Source of the DNA: Candidatus Fokinia solitaria
GTDB lineage: Bacteria > Pseudomonadota > Alphaproteobacteria > Rickettsiales > Midichloriaceae
Direction: 5' to 3'
NCBI RefSeq assembly: GCF_003072485.1
Contig: NZ_CP025989.1
Location: forward strand, 210,001 to 242,000
Length of the DNA stretch: 32,000 nt
A program made the translations under genes and the position numbers. A model generated the notes under the pieces. It searched no databases. It had not been told where the DNA came from and saw nothing but the letters and a program-made list of their open reading frames with translations. Position 1 is the stretch's first letter, and every line of letters starts with the position of its first letter. Positions 10,384-21,138 of the stretch are shown one piece after another.

Positions 10384-13300
10384 TCAAAATATTTTATCTC
10401 TGAAATTAAAAGTAAATTTAGGTCGATAATCTTTTCTGTGTATGACTGTAGTTATTGGAAGAAGAAGTATATCTATGAAAGTTTTAAGCATCATCTTTCC
10501 TTTAAATTCTATCTCATTTCTCTGTATATTAGCGTTTCCTTCTCCAATGATTGTGAACATATCACTTTCTATATTGCATCCGATCAAAGATATCTCATTC
10601 GCATTCAGTGCAGTAATATAGCACTTACTGTTCTGTATCCCAATTTGCTGCTGCATGGTGATAATCTTAACAATATTTATCATGCTAGGATATAAAGATA
10701 AAACGCGCAAAGCTGTATTTATCAATTTATTGTTATGGATATCGAGATTCGACACCTGTAGTACATTTTCATCTATGTATTGACTTTGTCCAATTGTTTT
10801 AAAATTTACATCAAGTATCACGTTACCTTTTTTAAATTGTTTAAGGCTAGGAACTTTTTTCACCAATGATGTAACATTTTGTAGACGGATTGATAATTTA
10901 TCATTTGCATAAGCAATTTCGTAACGTCCGGTATTGCCAGTGCTGTTTGTGAGACATGTAAATTTTGTATCTTTGTCATTATTGCCGCGAATGTAGCGCA
11001 GCATAGTATTGTAAAGTTCGATCCTTTCGCCAAGTAATATATTCTCTATATCAAGTAATACTGACATGGTGCGATTGTCTTTTTTACTGCTACGTAAGTT
11101 TAAAAGATCTGTAATAGTCAATCCTGAGAGATTAAGAGTGTTCTGTTTGACATCAATAGATATATTATCCTTACTCTTCTTTATTATCGTTTTTTCTTCC
11201 TTTGAAGTAGCATATGCGGGAGTGATGACAAAGATTTTCTCATCATCTTTATCTTCGATAGCGATGGTGCCATCATACGAAATTGCAGAACTATTTACTA
11301 AGAATTTATAAATACCGTTTAAATTATGCGTTACAATGCTAACATTAGCGATATTTACTGGATTATTGCTTCTATATATCGAAGCGTATTGGCATTTTAT
11401 ACTAGCTGATTTAAGTGCTATTTGATCGTCTATGCTTAGCGCAATTAAAGTGTTGAGTTTATTTCGTGGTACAATTTTTACGTCTTCAAAATACACTGGA
11501 CTATAAATCGACGAAAGAACGACAATTTCGTTCATGCCATTCGATTTTGTGAGTGGCATTTGCTTTACTGCTAGATCTTTTTTCTTAGCGAGTGCTTGTA
11601 CTTTTTCTTTGTATTCGGAAAAGCCAATATTGTTGTTCTTTCTTATTTTTTTTGCGTTTATCTCATAGTTAAGGAAAGCTTGATGTACGTCTTTCGCATT
11701 ACGAAATTCACCATACGCTTGAATGACATTTTCATGCCAAGAAAGTAGTACATTATCGAATTTAACGTTTAATCCTAATAACTGACGTATTTGGTGCGTA
11801 TACGAGGTCTCTTTTAACGATACATTATTTGCGTGTCCGTTTATTTTAAAAACAGGATTGTTGTCTTTTTTAAAAAGATCAAATTTTAGATTCATTAGAA
11901 ATGTTCCTCTCGTATTTTGCACATCAAAGTTATCGTCGATTATATCGATAATGCGTTCTACGGATTTTTGAGTGAAAAATGTCTTTATGACGTCTAAGTA
12001 CGAAATTATTTTACCTTCGGTGTAATACGTAATATCAGCAAAGTTATTGTCGGTACCGAACGTGATATCAGCTTGTCCACTTGATATATATAGCGGATTG
12101 CTTTTTGGCAATTTATGTTTCTCCAGTATTTTAGAGAAATCTGCATATGCGTTTTTAGCGTCTAAATGCACATTTGTTTCTTTATTGGAAAATTCTCCGC
12201 TGACAGCTACATTTTTTCCAAAGATTACTGGAAATTGTAGTGATAGTGGAGCGAATTTGGAATTAAGCGTATTTGCTTTCCACGAGAAATGCTTTACTTC
12301 ATCTTCTGCATATAAAAGTGTAAGTTCACTACCTTCTACTATGCTATCGAAAAATACATTTTCTTGTATAAATTTCTTTGTATTTTTCCCAAATTTCTGA
12401 GGCCAGTATGTGAAAAAGTCATTTCTTGAGATTGGAGAAGTATTTTTTATGGAGCAATTCAGTTGTGGTATTTTATGTTGATATTGTAAATTAAATTTAG
12501 CTGTTACTCCATTATCTGTAGAGATATTGCCATTATTGATATTGAGAGTCTTATTTTGTACGTCGAAATAACCGTGACCAGTAATGATGTCCAACGTTTG
12601 GCTATTATGAGAGAGGATATTTTTTATATATGCGTCGTGAAAATTAAATGATATTTCGAAAAGATGAAGAGCATTTTGATTGATGGAAATTTTGTACTCA
12701 GTTTCGAGAGGAGTGTGTTCTTTGGATAGCGCATATTTTGCGAGAGTGACGTTTATTGCGCTACTTACGTATTTACTGTTATTAAGTTGAGGTTCAATAA
12801 GCGCATTAAGTTTTGCTACATATTGCTGGGCATTATTAATAACTGTACCAACACTCTCTATATCGTATTTTTGATTACTTTTCTTTATGCTTAAAATGAA
12901 TTTTTCGAGGAATACTTGCTTATTTGTCTCGTACTGTAAGGTGATATTTTGCAACTCTATCTTTTGAGGCATTAACTCGAGTGATTTAGAAAGTATTTTG
13001 AAATTACTGTACTTGGAATCAGTAGTTTGTATGTATTGACTCAGTATAGGGAGAGTTTCCTTATCAAGCTTGCAGTCTGACATTGATATGGAATCAATCT
13101 TAAAAAATGACCATGGTAAAAGTGAGAGCGATACTTTTGTATTTGGCAATGTGTATTGAAAATGTGAAGTCGCTTTATCTGCGATAAAAGCAGCGCATTG
13201 AACTTCAACAGAAAATGGTAGATTTTTAAATCTAAGATCTACGTTTTGCAGTATTAGTTCTTTATCATGAGGTAACTTTGTGTATTTTGTTACAATGCTT

Positions 13301-13437
13301 TGTATTAATAGTTTTTGATGCTGTGTAAGTCGAATGTGTAGTAATGTGAGAAGCGATGTGAAAAGTACCATTAATAGCAATGCTATTGCGATACTCTTTA
13401 CTAGAATCCATATGTGATACGCAAAAGTTCTTCTCAT
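10384..13437 (-). CDS. Large AsmA/YhdP-like envelope protein (DUF3971/AsmA-like C-terminal region)
   Basis: 1017 aa; single N-terminal TM (ILVKSIAIALLLMVLFTSLL), beta-rich body, C-terminal ISLIGCNIESDMFTIIGEGNANIQRNEIEFKGKMMLKTFIDILLLPI typical of AsmA-like C-termini. Confidence 0.65.
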   Translation of the reverse strand: MRRTFAYHIWILVKSIAIALLLMVLFTSLLTLLHIRLTQHQKLLIQSIVTKYTKLPHDKELILQNVDLRFKNLPFSVEVQCAAFIADKATSHFQYTLPNTKVSLSLLPWSFFKIDSISMSDCKLDKETLPILSQYIQTTDSKYSNFKILSKSLELMPQKIELQNITLQYETNKQVFLEKFILSIKKSNQKYDIESVGTVINNAQQYVAKLNALIEPQLNNSKYVSSAINVTLAKYALSKEHTPLETEYKISINQNALHLFEISFNFHDAYIKNILSHNSQTLDIITGHGYFDVQNKTLNINNGNISTDNGVTAKFNLQYQHKIPQLNCSIKNTSPISRNDFFTYWPQKFGKNTKKFIQENVFFDSIVEGSELTLLYAEDEVKHFSWKANTLNSKFAPLSLQFPVIFGKNVAVSGEFSNKETNVHLDAKNAYADFSKILEKHKLPKSNPLYISSGQADITFGTDNNFADITYYTEGKIISYLDVIKTFFTQKSVERIIDIIDDNFDVQNTRGTFLMNLKFDLFKKDNNPVFKINGHANNVSLKETSYTHQIRQLLGLNVKFDNVLLSWHENVIQAYGEFRNAKDVHQAFLNYEINAKKIRKNNNIGFSEYKEKVQALAKKKDLAVKQMPLTKSNGMNEIVVLSSIYSPVYFEDVKIVPRNKLNTLIALSIDDQIALKSASIKCQYASIYRSNNPVNIANVSIVTHNLNGIYKFLVNSSAISYDGTIAIEDKDDEKIFVITPAYATSKEEKTIIKKSKDNISIDVKQNTLNLSGLTITDLLNLRSSKKDNRTMSVLLDIENILLGERIELYNTMLRYIRGNNDKDTKFTCLTNSTGNTGRYEIAYANDKLSIRLQNVTSLVKKVPSLKQFKKGNVILDVNFKTIGQSQYIDENVLQVSNLDIHNNKLINTALRVLSLYPSMINIVKIITMQQQIGIQNSKCYITALNANEISLIGCNIESDMFTIIGEGNANIQRNEIEFKGKMMLKTFIDILLLPITTVIHRKDYRPKFTFNFRDKIF

Positions 13438-13449
13438 AGAAAAAGTTAC

Positions 13450-14085
13450 CTATTTTGAAGAAATGTTTTTCAATATCAGTATTGTAGATCTTGCATCATA
13501 AGCGCTATGGATGATACTGCTTTGAAATGTAAACTTTTCAGAAGCTTCATCGATTTCATTTGCTACATTTTCTCCTTTTAATAGAAAAATCTCTATGTTT
13601 GAAAGTTCGAAGCTTTCCATGCATATACTTATTAATTTCTTCACTCTTGAGAATGCTGATGCTGTGATTATGATACGATTGTCTTCATTTGTGCAAACCT
13701 GCATTGTATCTATCTCCTCTATTCTACTATTAATAATCTTAGCATCTAAATGCAACTTTGATACTATCAATGTCAAAAATGCACACTTTTTAATATTAGA
13801 ATCTACCATTATCACTCTAGTGCCAAGAATACCTAATATAATACCAGGTAATCCGTTACCGCTTCCAATATCCAGTATTGTAGAACATTTAGGATGAGAT
13901 TGTAATATAGTGAGATATAATTCTACCGAACGCATTACATATCTCAGAAGTTTATTGAGTGGTAATTTTGAAGAATATAGGTTAACGCAGCTATTTACTT
14001 GTCGCATTATGGTAAGATACTGCATCGCCTGCTCATAAGAGTTGATGCGTATGCTATTCATCAAATCTATATCTGCTGCTTTCAT
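13450..14085 (-). CDS. rsmG: 16S rRNA (guanine527-N7)-methyltransferase
   Basis: 211 aa; SAM-binding STILDIGSGNGLPGIILGI, ASAFSRVKKL, FLLKGENV, consistent with RsmG/GidB. Confidence 0.9.
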   Translation of the reverse strand: MKAADIDLMNSIRINSYEQAMQYLTIMRQVNSCVNLYSSKLPLNKLLRYVMRSVELYLTILQSHPKCSTILDIGSGNGLPGIILGILGTRVIMVDSNIKKCAFLTLIVSKLHLDAKIINSRIEEIDTMQVCTNEDNRIIITASAFSRVKKLISICMESFELSNIEIFLLKGENVANEIDEASEKFTFQSSIIHSAYDARSTILILKNISSK

Positions 14086-14144
14086 GCAGGTGTTATATTA
14101 AAAGATACCGATACTGATGAATGAAATTCTAACAGAAAGTACAA

Positions 14145-14969
14145 TTGACAACTAGTAATTTTTACGCTGTAATCCTCGGTGATTTTATTAGTGTAGAGAA
14201 TGCTGATCGTATGCAAGCAGTAGGCGCTTTTTTTGCTCATATTGGAAGATTACCTTCTTTCATCCTTTGCGCAATTGGAATGATGTTCACGAAGAGGATT
14301 TCGATTGTGATGTTGAGAAGCTGTATCTTGGAATTTGGCTTCTTCTCCTTACCTATCATCAGTTTGACTGCTGCATTTACAGGTGCTGTTTTGGCGCTAC
14401 AAAGCTATGCTGGCTTATCATCGATGAATCCGGAAATGCTGCTTAGTACCATGATTGTTGTGTCGATTACTAGAGAATTAGGACCTGTGCTGAGTAGTTT
14501 GATGTTTACGGGGCGAGTAGGGGCTAAGATAGCAGCGGAGATCTCAAGCATGAAGAATAGCGAACAAATAGATGCAATATATACGTTAGGCGTAGATCCG
14601 ATTCGATATCTTGCTATACCACGGATAGTGAGTGGAATGATTTGCATGCCGTTTCTTGTAGTAGTTGCTGATGCAATAGGAATAATAGGAGGAGGAGTCG
14701 TAAGTGTGCTGATTCTTGATTTCAATTATGAGACATACGTTAACAGCTCAATGAATGCACTGAAGTTTGTAGACTTCAGTTCTGGACTCATTAAAGCGGT
14801 ATTTTTCGGACTGATAAGTACTTCTGTATCTTTTTATCAAGGGTTTAATTCTGATTACAGCGCTTCAGGTATAGGAAAAGCTACTACCGAAGCAGTAGTG
14901 TGGTCTTCGGTATTAATCATGTTTGCAAATTATATTTTAACAAACATAATGTTCAACGCTGCTGTATAA
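14145..14969 (+). CDS. mlaE: MlaE/YrbE-family phospholipid ABC transporter permease
   Basis: 274 aa; SITRELGPVLSSLMFTGRVGAKIAAEISSMKNSEQIDAIYTLGVDPIRYLAIPRI is a canonical MlaE motif. Confidence 0.92.
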   Translation: MTTSNFYAVILGDFISVENADRMQAVGAFFAHIGRLPSFILCAIGMMFTKRISIVMLRSCILEFGFFSLPIISLTAAFTGAVLALQSYAGLSSMNPEMLLSTMIVVSITRELGPVLSSLMFTGRVGAKIAAEISSMKNSEQIDAIYTLGVDPIRYLAIPRIVSGMICMPFLVVVADAIGIIGGGVVSVLILDFNYETYVNSSMNALKFVDFSSGLIKAVFFGLISTSVSFYQGFNSDYSASGIGKATTEAVVWSSVLIMFANYILTNIMFNAAV

Positions 14970-14985
14970 TCGATAAAGAAAAATC

Positions 14986-16716
14986 ATGTCTCCTTCTTAT
15001 GTAAAAGAAGCAAGTCAGTCTAATAGTTGGGTATTTAAGGAGTCATTTGGTCTACTAAAACACATTGGCAATAGTATTCCTTCAAAAGGATTTGTGCTTT
15101 TTTCAACAGGATATGGTCCATCCGGTTTGCCGCATATAGGTACCTTTGGAGAGGTAGTGCGTACTGTGATGGTACAAGAGGCTTTTAAGAGGATTACGAA
15201 TTTTCCTACGAAATTAATCTGTTTTTCAGATGATAAAGATGCGATGAGAAAAGTACCTGATTTCATCTCCAATATAGAAGAATATCAGAAGTATATAGGG
15301 TTGCCGCTAAGTAATGTGCCTGATCCATTTGGTAAAGAAGCGAGCTATGCAATGGCGATGAATAAAAAATTATGTAAATTTTTGGACGATTTTGGCTTTC
15401 AATACCATTTTATGAGTGCTACAGAATGCTATCGAAGTGGAATGCTAAATAGTGGAATAGTAACTCTACTTCAACGTCATCAAAAAGTGCTAGATCTAAT
15501 GTTACCTACTCTTGGTGAGGAAAGAAAAAAAACGTATAGTCCATTTCTTCCAATATGCAAACGTACCGGCGTGGTGTTACAAGTAAAAATAGAGAAAATA
15601 GACGTAGAAAAAAATACTGTCAGTTATGTAGATCCATTAACTAACGAGATGGTAGAAGTATCAGTTTTAAATGGAGATTGTAAAGTGCAATGGAAGCTTG
15701 ATTTAGCATTGAGATGGAAGGTATTGCAGGTGGATTTTGAGATGTATGGTAAAGATCATCTTGTCAATGGTGCGATATATTCTAAAGGATGTAAGATTAT
15801 TGACGGCATTCCTCCGCGACAGATGTATTATGAACTATTTTTAGATGAAAATGGCGAAAAAATATCAAAAACGAAGGCAAATGGTATTACGGTAGAGCAG
15901 TGGTTAAAATACGGACCTACTGATTCTCTCGCTTATCTGATGTATGTATCTCCTACTTCTGCAAAAAGAATCTCTCTCGGATTAATTGTAAAGTACATAG
16001 ATGAGTATATTAGAGATCTTGGAAAGTACTTTGAGCTTTTAAGAAAAATTGAAAAAGCTAATGATTCTGAAAAAAGTGAGTATGTGAAACTTCTCTTTAT
16101 GAATCCCGTTTTTTACGTGGAGCTTTCAAAGCAAGACGATATACATTTTGGCAAGATAGATAGTTGCCTTGATTGCTTGAAGAGGTACGTGACGAGTGAT
16201 ATTGAAGCTTCCGTGATGTTAAGTTTCTTTGAAGCAAAGATCGATTACTCTATGATTCTCAATTTAATTGATGCATTTCGTTCTTCTTCATATGAGATGA
16301 TTTGCGCTTATGTATTGAAGTACATAATGAAGCATAATCCATCCATCGCTACAAATGTGAATATGCCGCATATGATTGTGCTACTTATAAAAAAAGCACT
16401 CAACTTTTATGAAGATGTATATAAAGTAAATAAGCAATATAGGCAGCCTAGCAGTATTGAAAAAGATGCAATGCTTATATTATGTGGTAAGTTTGAGCAG
16501 ATGATTGATACGGATTTCACTGAAAGTGACATTCAGAATGCGATATACGATTCTGCGAAGATGATGAGTATACTGCCACAGACTTTTTTCGTTGGACTAT
16601 ATGAGACCTTATTAGGTACTGATAGAGGGCCAAGATTAGGTTCTTTCTTTTATATATACGGATTGAGTAATGCAATAAATTTAATAAAGAAATGCTGCGC
16701 TTCAACAGAGCAATGA
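14986..16716 (+). CDS. lysK: Lysyl-tRNA synthetase, class I
   Basis: 576 aa; GYGPSGLPHIGTFGEVVRT (HIGH-type) and GEKISKTKANGITVEQW (KMSKS-type), class I LysRS architecture. Confidence 0.94.
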   Translation: MSPSYVKEASQSNSWVFKESFGLLKHIGNSIPSKGFVLFSTGYGPSGLPHIGTFGEVVRTVMVQEAFKRITNFPTKLICFSDDKDAMRKVPDFISNIEEYQKYIGLPLSNVPDPFGKEASYAMAMNKKLCKFLDDFGFQYHFMSATECYRSGMLNSGIVTLLQRHQKVLDLMLPTLGEERKKTYSPFLPICKRTGVVLQVKIEKIDVEKNTVSYVDPLTNEMVEVSVLNGDCKVQWKLDLALRWKVLQVDFEMYGKDHLVNGAIYSKGCKIIDGIPPRQMYYELFLDENGEKISKTKANGITVEQWLKYGPTDSLAYLMYVSPTSAKRISLGLIVKYIDEYIRDLGKYFELLRKIEKANDSEKSEYVKLLFMNPVFYVELSKQDDIHFGKIDSCLDCLKRYVTSDIEASVMLSFFEAKIDYSMILNLIDAFRSSSYEMICAYVLKYIMKHNPSIATNVNMPHMIVLLIKKALNFYEDVYKVNKQYRQPSSIEKDAMLILCGKFEQMIDTDFTESDIQNAIYDSAKMMSILPQTFFVGLYETLLGTDRGPRLGSFFYIYGLSNAINLIKKCCASTEQ

Positions 16717-16727
16717 TATCATTTGGA

Positions 16728-19277
16728 TTAATTTTTGATTATAAAATTTAAGATCTTATTTTTTATAAAAATTACTTTCTGTATTTCTCCTTTGATGTAT
16801 TTTAAAATTCCATGAGAGAATTTAGCTTGTTGTTCTACTTCCTCTTGAGAGCAGTCTAACTTCATTTCAAGAATATCTCTTGTTTTTCCATTTATCTGTA
16901 TAGCTATCTTAGCCGTTTGACTTTGCGAGTACTGTATATCATATTTCGGCCACTCCATTTCTGAGAGAGAGTGTGCTGAATTAGTGATTGTACGCAATAT
17001 CTGATTACATTCTTCTGTAATATGAGGTGCAATTGGATGCAGTAGTCTAATTATTAACCATAAAGTCGCAGCTTTTAATTTTCTTTTTTCTGTAATTAGT
17101 ACGGTATTAGAAAGTTCTCGTATGAAGGCGATTACTTTATGAAAGGAATGTCTTTCATAGCTTTCAGTGACAAGACGAATTGTTGTATGAATACGTCGAA
17201 ACATATCAAGATCGTGACTCGAATCTTCTATATCCAATTCTGCATATCTCATATGTGAATTTTCGTTTAGTGCGTATTCTATGTTCTGAGTGCTGATATT
17301 AATGATTTCGCGGTATATCTTATTGAGATACTTACGTGTACCGTCGATACCTATATGTGACCATTCAATGTCCTTATCCGGGGGAGAATCGGACAGCATA
17401 AACATTCTAACAGCGTCAGCGCCAAACTCTTCAATAGCATCATTTGCATCAATGCCATTCAGCTTTGATTTACTCATCTTCTCCACACCGACAAAATGAA
17501 CTTCTTGTCCATTTCTACAATCTATGTATTTTCCTGTTTCACTTACTTTTTGTACATATTTGATATCTACCCATCTTTTTGCCGCATCTTTATATGCAGC
17601 ATGGCATACCATACCTTGATTTAACAAGGCGATGAACGGTTCTTGAAATTTTATATAACCTAATTGATGTAATGCTTTTGTAAAAAATCTTGAATATATC
17701 AAGTGCATTACTGCATGTTCAGCGCCACCTACGTATTGATCTACCGGAAGCCAGCGAGCAAGTTGATTATGTATTGTCTCATCTTTCCATCTTTTAAATG
17801 GCACATTAGGTAGTATAAATTTTAAAAAATACCATGAAGACTCAACAAACGTATCCAGTGTATCAGTTTCTCTTGTAGCATCGGAATTACAAATGTGGCA
17901 TTTGGTATGTAGCCACTCTGATTTACATAAGTTCTTATCTTTCGGAAGTAATATTGGTAATGATTCTTCATTTGCCGCTATTGTGCCGCACTTTGGACAA
18001 TATATTATTGGTATAGGACATCCCCAATATCTTTGTCTAGAGATACTCCAATCTCTCAATCTAAAATTGACTGCACGATTTCCTATTTTATTATCTTCCA
18101 GATATTTGACAATTGTACTCCTTGCTTCTTCAAGTGAAAGTCCAGTTAAAAAATCTGAATTGACTACTGTTTCGTCTTGTATTACCGAGACGATGCGAAA
18201 ATTATGTATTTTGGCAATTTCAAAGTCTCTTTCATCGTGAGCAGGGCATCCGAAAACAGCATTTGTACCGTATCCATCTATGATGTAATTTACAATGATT
18301 AATGGTATTTTCCCATTATGGATAGGATGTAAAAAATAGAGATCGGTAGTAATACCAGCTTTTTCCTTAGTAGCGTTTTCTGCTTCTATAGTACTGGATT
18401 TTTGCCACTCTTCAAGCATTGCACAGATTTGTGCATCGTTTTGTGCAAGCTTTTTTGCTATAGGATGAGAAGGGCCGATTGCAATGAATGTACAGCCGAA
18501 AATAGTTTCCGGCCTTGTTGTGAAAACGGTTATACTATCTAAATCTTTGTTAGTGACTGTATCTGAAGAAATGTGAAATACTATCTCGGCCCCTTCTGAT
18601 CTTCCAATCCATTTCTCTTGCATCGATTTAATTCGAAGCGGCCATTGATTAAGAGATTTAAGAGAGTGTAATAAATCTTCTGCGAAATTTGTGATCTTAA
18701 AAAACCACTGCGTAAGCATTCTTTTCTCGATAGTAGCGCCAGATCTCCAACCTTTACCATCTATTACTTGTTCATTTGCTAATACTGTTTTATCTATAGG
18801 ATCCCAATTTACTTCACTTTCCTTTTGATATAAAAGTCCATGCTTTAGCATTTCTATAAAGATGTACTGCTGATCTGCGCAATAATCTGAAGAGCATGTC
18901 ATAATTTCTCTACTCCAATCATAAGAAAAACCGCATTTTTCAAGCTGTTTCTTCATTACTTCTATGTTGTCCAATGTCCATTCTTTTGGATGTACATTAT
19001 GCTCTATCGCTGCATTCTCAGCAGGTAATCCAAACGCATCCCACCCTACAGGATGCAGAACGTTATATCCAAATGCGCGTTTAAATCGCGCAATTGCATC
19101 AGATATAGAATAATTTCGTATATGTCCTACATGCAGTTTTCCGGAAGGGTACGGAAACATCGAAAGTATATAGTATTTTTCTTTATTTGTTTCAGTATTT
19201 AGTACTGTGAAAATCTCATTTTCCTTCCAATACTTTTGCCATTTATCGGCAATTTCAGAATGATTGTAGCGTGGCAT
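16728..19277 (-). CDS. leuS: Leucyl-tRNA synthetase
   Basis: 849 aa; FPYPSGKLHVGHIRNY, editing-domain TTRPETIFG, EKMSKSKLNGIDANDAIEEFGADAVR. Confidence 0.97.
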   Translation of the reverse strand: MPRYNHSEIADKWQKYWKENEIFTVLNTETNKEKYYILSMFPYPSGKLHVGHIRNYSISDAIARFKRAFGYNVLHPVGWDAFGLPAENAAIEHNVHPKEWTLDNIEVMKKQLEKCGFSYDWSREIMTCSSDYCADQQYIFIEMLKHGLLYQKESEVNWDPIDKTVLANEQVIDGKGWRSGATIEKRMLTQWFFKITNFAEDLLHSLKSLNQWPLRIKSMQEKWIGRSEGAEIVFHISSDTVTNKDLDSITVFTTRPETIFGCTFIAIGPSHPIAKKLAQNDAQICAMLEEWQKSSTIEAENATKEKAGITTDLYFLHPIHNGKIPLIIVNYIIDGYGTNAVFGCPAHDERDFEIAKIHNFRIVSVIQDETVVNSDFLTGLSLEEARSTIVKYLEDNKIGNRAVNFRLRDWSISRQRYWGCPIPIIYCPKCGTIAANEESLPILLPKDKNLCKSEWLHTKCHICNSDATRETDTLDTFVESSWYFLKFILPNVPFKRWKDETIHNQLARWLPVDQYVGGAEHAVMHLIYSRFFTKALHQLGYIKFQEPFIALLNQGMVCHAAYKDAAKRWVDIKYVQKVSETGKYIDCRNGQEVHFVGVEKMSKSKLNGIDANDAIEEFGADAVRMFMLSDSPPDKDIEWSHIGIDGTRKYLNKIYREIINISTQNIEYALNENSHMRYAELDIEDSSHDLDMFRRIHTTIRLVTESYERHSFHKVIAFIRELSNTVLITEKRKLKAATLWLIIRLLHPIAPHITEECNQILRTITNSAHSLSEMEWPKYDIQYSQSQTAKIAIQINGKTRDILEMKLDCSQEEVEQQAKFSHGILKYIKGEIQKVIFIKNKILNFIIKN

Positions 19278-19381
19278 AATTACTTATAAAACGTCGTATA
19301 TGACGTATGTGAACAATAATAACAATAACTTGCTGTCGCGCAACAATTCTTGCGAAATTTATGCGCGCAAAGCACGTATTT

Positions 19382-20809
19382 TTATATAGCTGGATAGTTT
19401 AGTTGTGTGCTTTGAAATGTTCTCATAACTTCTTCTATTATTTCATTCATGCATGGATAAGAATGGATTAGAAGTGACATATTGTCTATGCTGATACCAT
19501 TTTGCATTGCAAGTACTATTTCTCCAATCAACTCTCCTGCATTCTGACCTACTATTGCTGCACCAAGTATTTTTGAATCTTCTCCTGCAAGTATTTTTAT
19601 AAAGCCTTCATTGGAAGATGAGAGAATCGCTCTGTGATTATCTTTGAAGTATGCTTTTGCGACTTTATAGTTGATTTCCTGCTTTTTTAGTTCTTTTTCA
19701 GATAATCCTACAGAAGCAATTTCTGGCTGAGTGTAAACTACAGAAGGTATTGCACCATATGATATTTTATAATCTTTGTCATCATATATCTTGCTGACAA
19801 CGAATCTACCTTCAGCTGCGGCTTTATGCGCAAGCATTATGCCACATACTACATCTCCTATAGCATACACGTTCTTTACGTTAGTTTGCATGTTACCGTT
19901 CACTGCAATCGCGCCCCTTTCATCGAGTTGTACTTGTGCATTTTGTAACTCAAGAGTATCTACGTTTGGAGTTCTTCCTACCGCTACCAATAGTATATCC
20001 ACATCCGTAAGTTGCGCATGATTATCTGAAGATACATAATCGATGATCAAAAAATTATCATTCGTAACGTCGCTGATTTTTTGTTGCTTACTAATTCCAG
20101 TAATTGAAGCATTAGAAAAAATCTTAATATTTTTAATAGTTTTAAACTGCGTTTGCGCGATTGACACTACATCATCATCCATGTTGTTAAGTATATGATT
20201 GCCATGTTCTAGTATGATAACTTCAGTACCGATTCTTCCAAATGTGATTGCTATTTCAGCGCCTATTACACCACCGCCTAATACAGCTATTTTCTTAGGC
20301 GCAGTTTTGATATTGAGAATCTCCTTAGAAGATATAATAGTACTTCCGTTCATTTTAATGTTACTCATCTCTCTGCTTTTCGAGCCTGTAGCGATTATGA
20401 TGTTTTCTGCTGTTACTTTTTGTCCATTGGTAACTGATATAGTATTTTTATCAATAAAAGAGCCAATGCCTGTTATCTTATCTACTCCGTATTTTCTAAA
20501 AGAATCTTCGATCTTTTTTGAAATGCCAAGGACAATATCATTCTTATGATGGCACATATCATGCATTGAGAATGTGACGTTATTGTATTGTATTCCGTTG
20601 CGAATGTTATGGTGCGTGCTTCGATAGTAATGACTTGTAACGTTTAGAAAGACTTTAGATGGTATACAGCCGTGATTTACATACGTGCCACCAATGCGCT
20701 CTTCGGCATCTATACATACTACTTTTTTACCTAATTTAGCAGCTTCAATGCTTGCTGAGTAACCTCCCGCACCCCCTCCAAGGATTGCTAAGTCGTATTT
20801 AGTATGCAT
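19382..20809 (-). CDS. lpd: Dihydrolipoamide dehydrogenase homologue with altered active site (possible pseudoenzyme)
   Basis: 475 aa; full-length FAD/NAD disulfide oxidoreductase fold (GGGAGGYSASIEAAKLG, GGGVIGAEIAI, YAIGDVVCGIMLAHKAAAEG) but GGTYVNHGCIPSK instead of GGTCLNxGCIPSK and IHSYPCMNE instead of xHAHPTLxE. Confidence 0.88.
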   Translation of the reverse strand: MHTKYDLAILGGGAGGYSASIEAAKLGKKVVCIDAEERIGGTYVNHGCIPSKVFLNVTSHYYRSTHHNIRNGIQYNNVTFSMHDMCHHKNDIVLGISKKIEDSFRKYGVDKITGIGSFIDKNTISVTNGQKVTAENIIIATGSKSREMSNIKMNGSTIISSKEILNIKTAPKKIAVLGGGVIGAEIAITFGRIGTEVIILEHGNHILNNMDDDVVSIAQTQFKTIKNIKIFSNASITGISKQQKISDVTNDNFLIIDYVSSDNHAQLTDVDILLVAVGRTPNVDTLELQNAQVQLDERGAIAVNGNMQTNVKNVYAIGDVVCGIMLAHKAAAEGRFVVSKIYDDKDYKISYGAIPSVVYTQPEIASVGLSEKELKKQEINYKVAKAYFKDNHRAILSSSNEGFIKILAGEDSKILGAAIVGQNAGELIGEIVLAMQNGISIDNMSLLIHSYPCMNEIIEEVMRTFQSTQLNYPAI

Positions 20810-20829
20810 AAAAATAAAAAGTTAAAAAG

Positions 20830-21138
20830 TTATTTATAGTTATTTATATATTGGTGATAAAGCGTCACTTTTTTATCATTCGCATTTTCTTCAAGTATCG
20901 AATACTTATACCTGTTCTTAGTGGCAAATTTTATAGCTTTCTCTTTACTGCTAAACTTCAGCTGTACCTGAGAGCGAGGATCTATGCACATAGTCCAGCC
21001 TGTAGCTATGTTTGTTTCTAAATAGTCATCCGGCTCTATATCGAAGCGCATAATCCAGCGTGTTGTCACTACTCCCCTCTGTGGTACAGGTTCTACTTTC
21101 TTAGTTATTACCACATTCATGTTATTCATCATTTGCAC
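20830..21138 (-). CDS. NADH dehydrogenase accessory subunit, NDUFS4-like (ETC complex I subunit conserved region)
   Basis: 102 aa; RWIMRFDIEP...NIATGWTMCIDPRSQVQLKFSSKEKAIKFATKNRYKYSI matches the alphaproteobacterial NDUFS4-like family pattern; 5' end overlaps the upstream gene by 17 bp. Confidence 0.85.
   Translation of the reverse strand: MQMMNNMNVVITKKVEPVPQRGVVTTRWIMRFDIEPDDYLETNIATGWTMCIDPRSQVQLKFSSKEKAIKFATKNRYKYSILEENANDKKVTLYHQYINNYK

Noticed and set aside
12047-12400. 117-aa and other plus-strand ORFs opposite the AsmA-like gene (10438-10695, 11066-11311)
   Set aside because: Antisense shadows of a long coding frame.
14986-16716. Class I LysRS as an archaeal-type horizontal acquisition novelty
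   Set aside because: Class I LysRS is well established in alphaproteobacteria including Rickettsiales; expected here.
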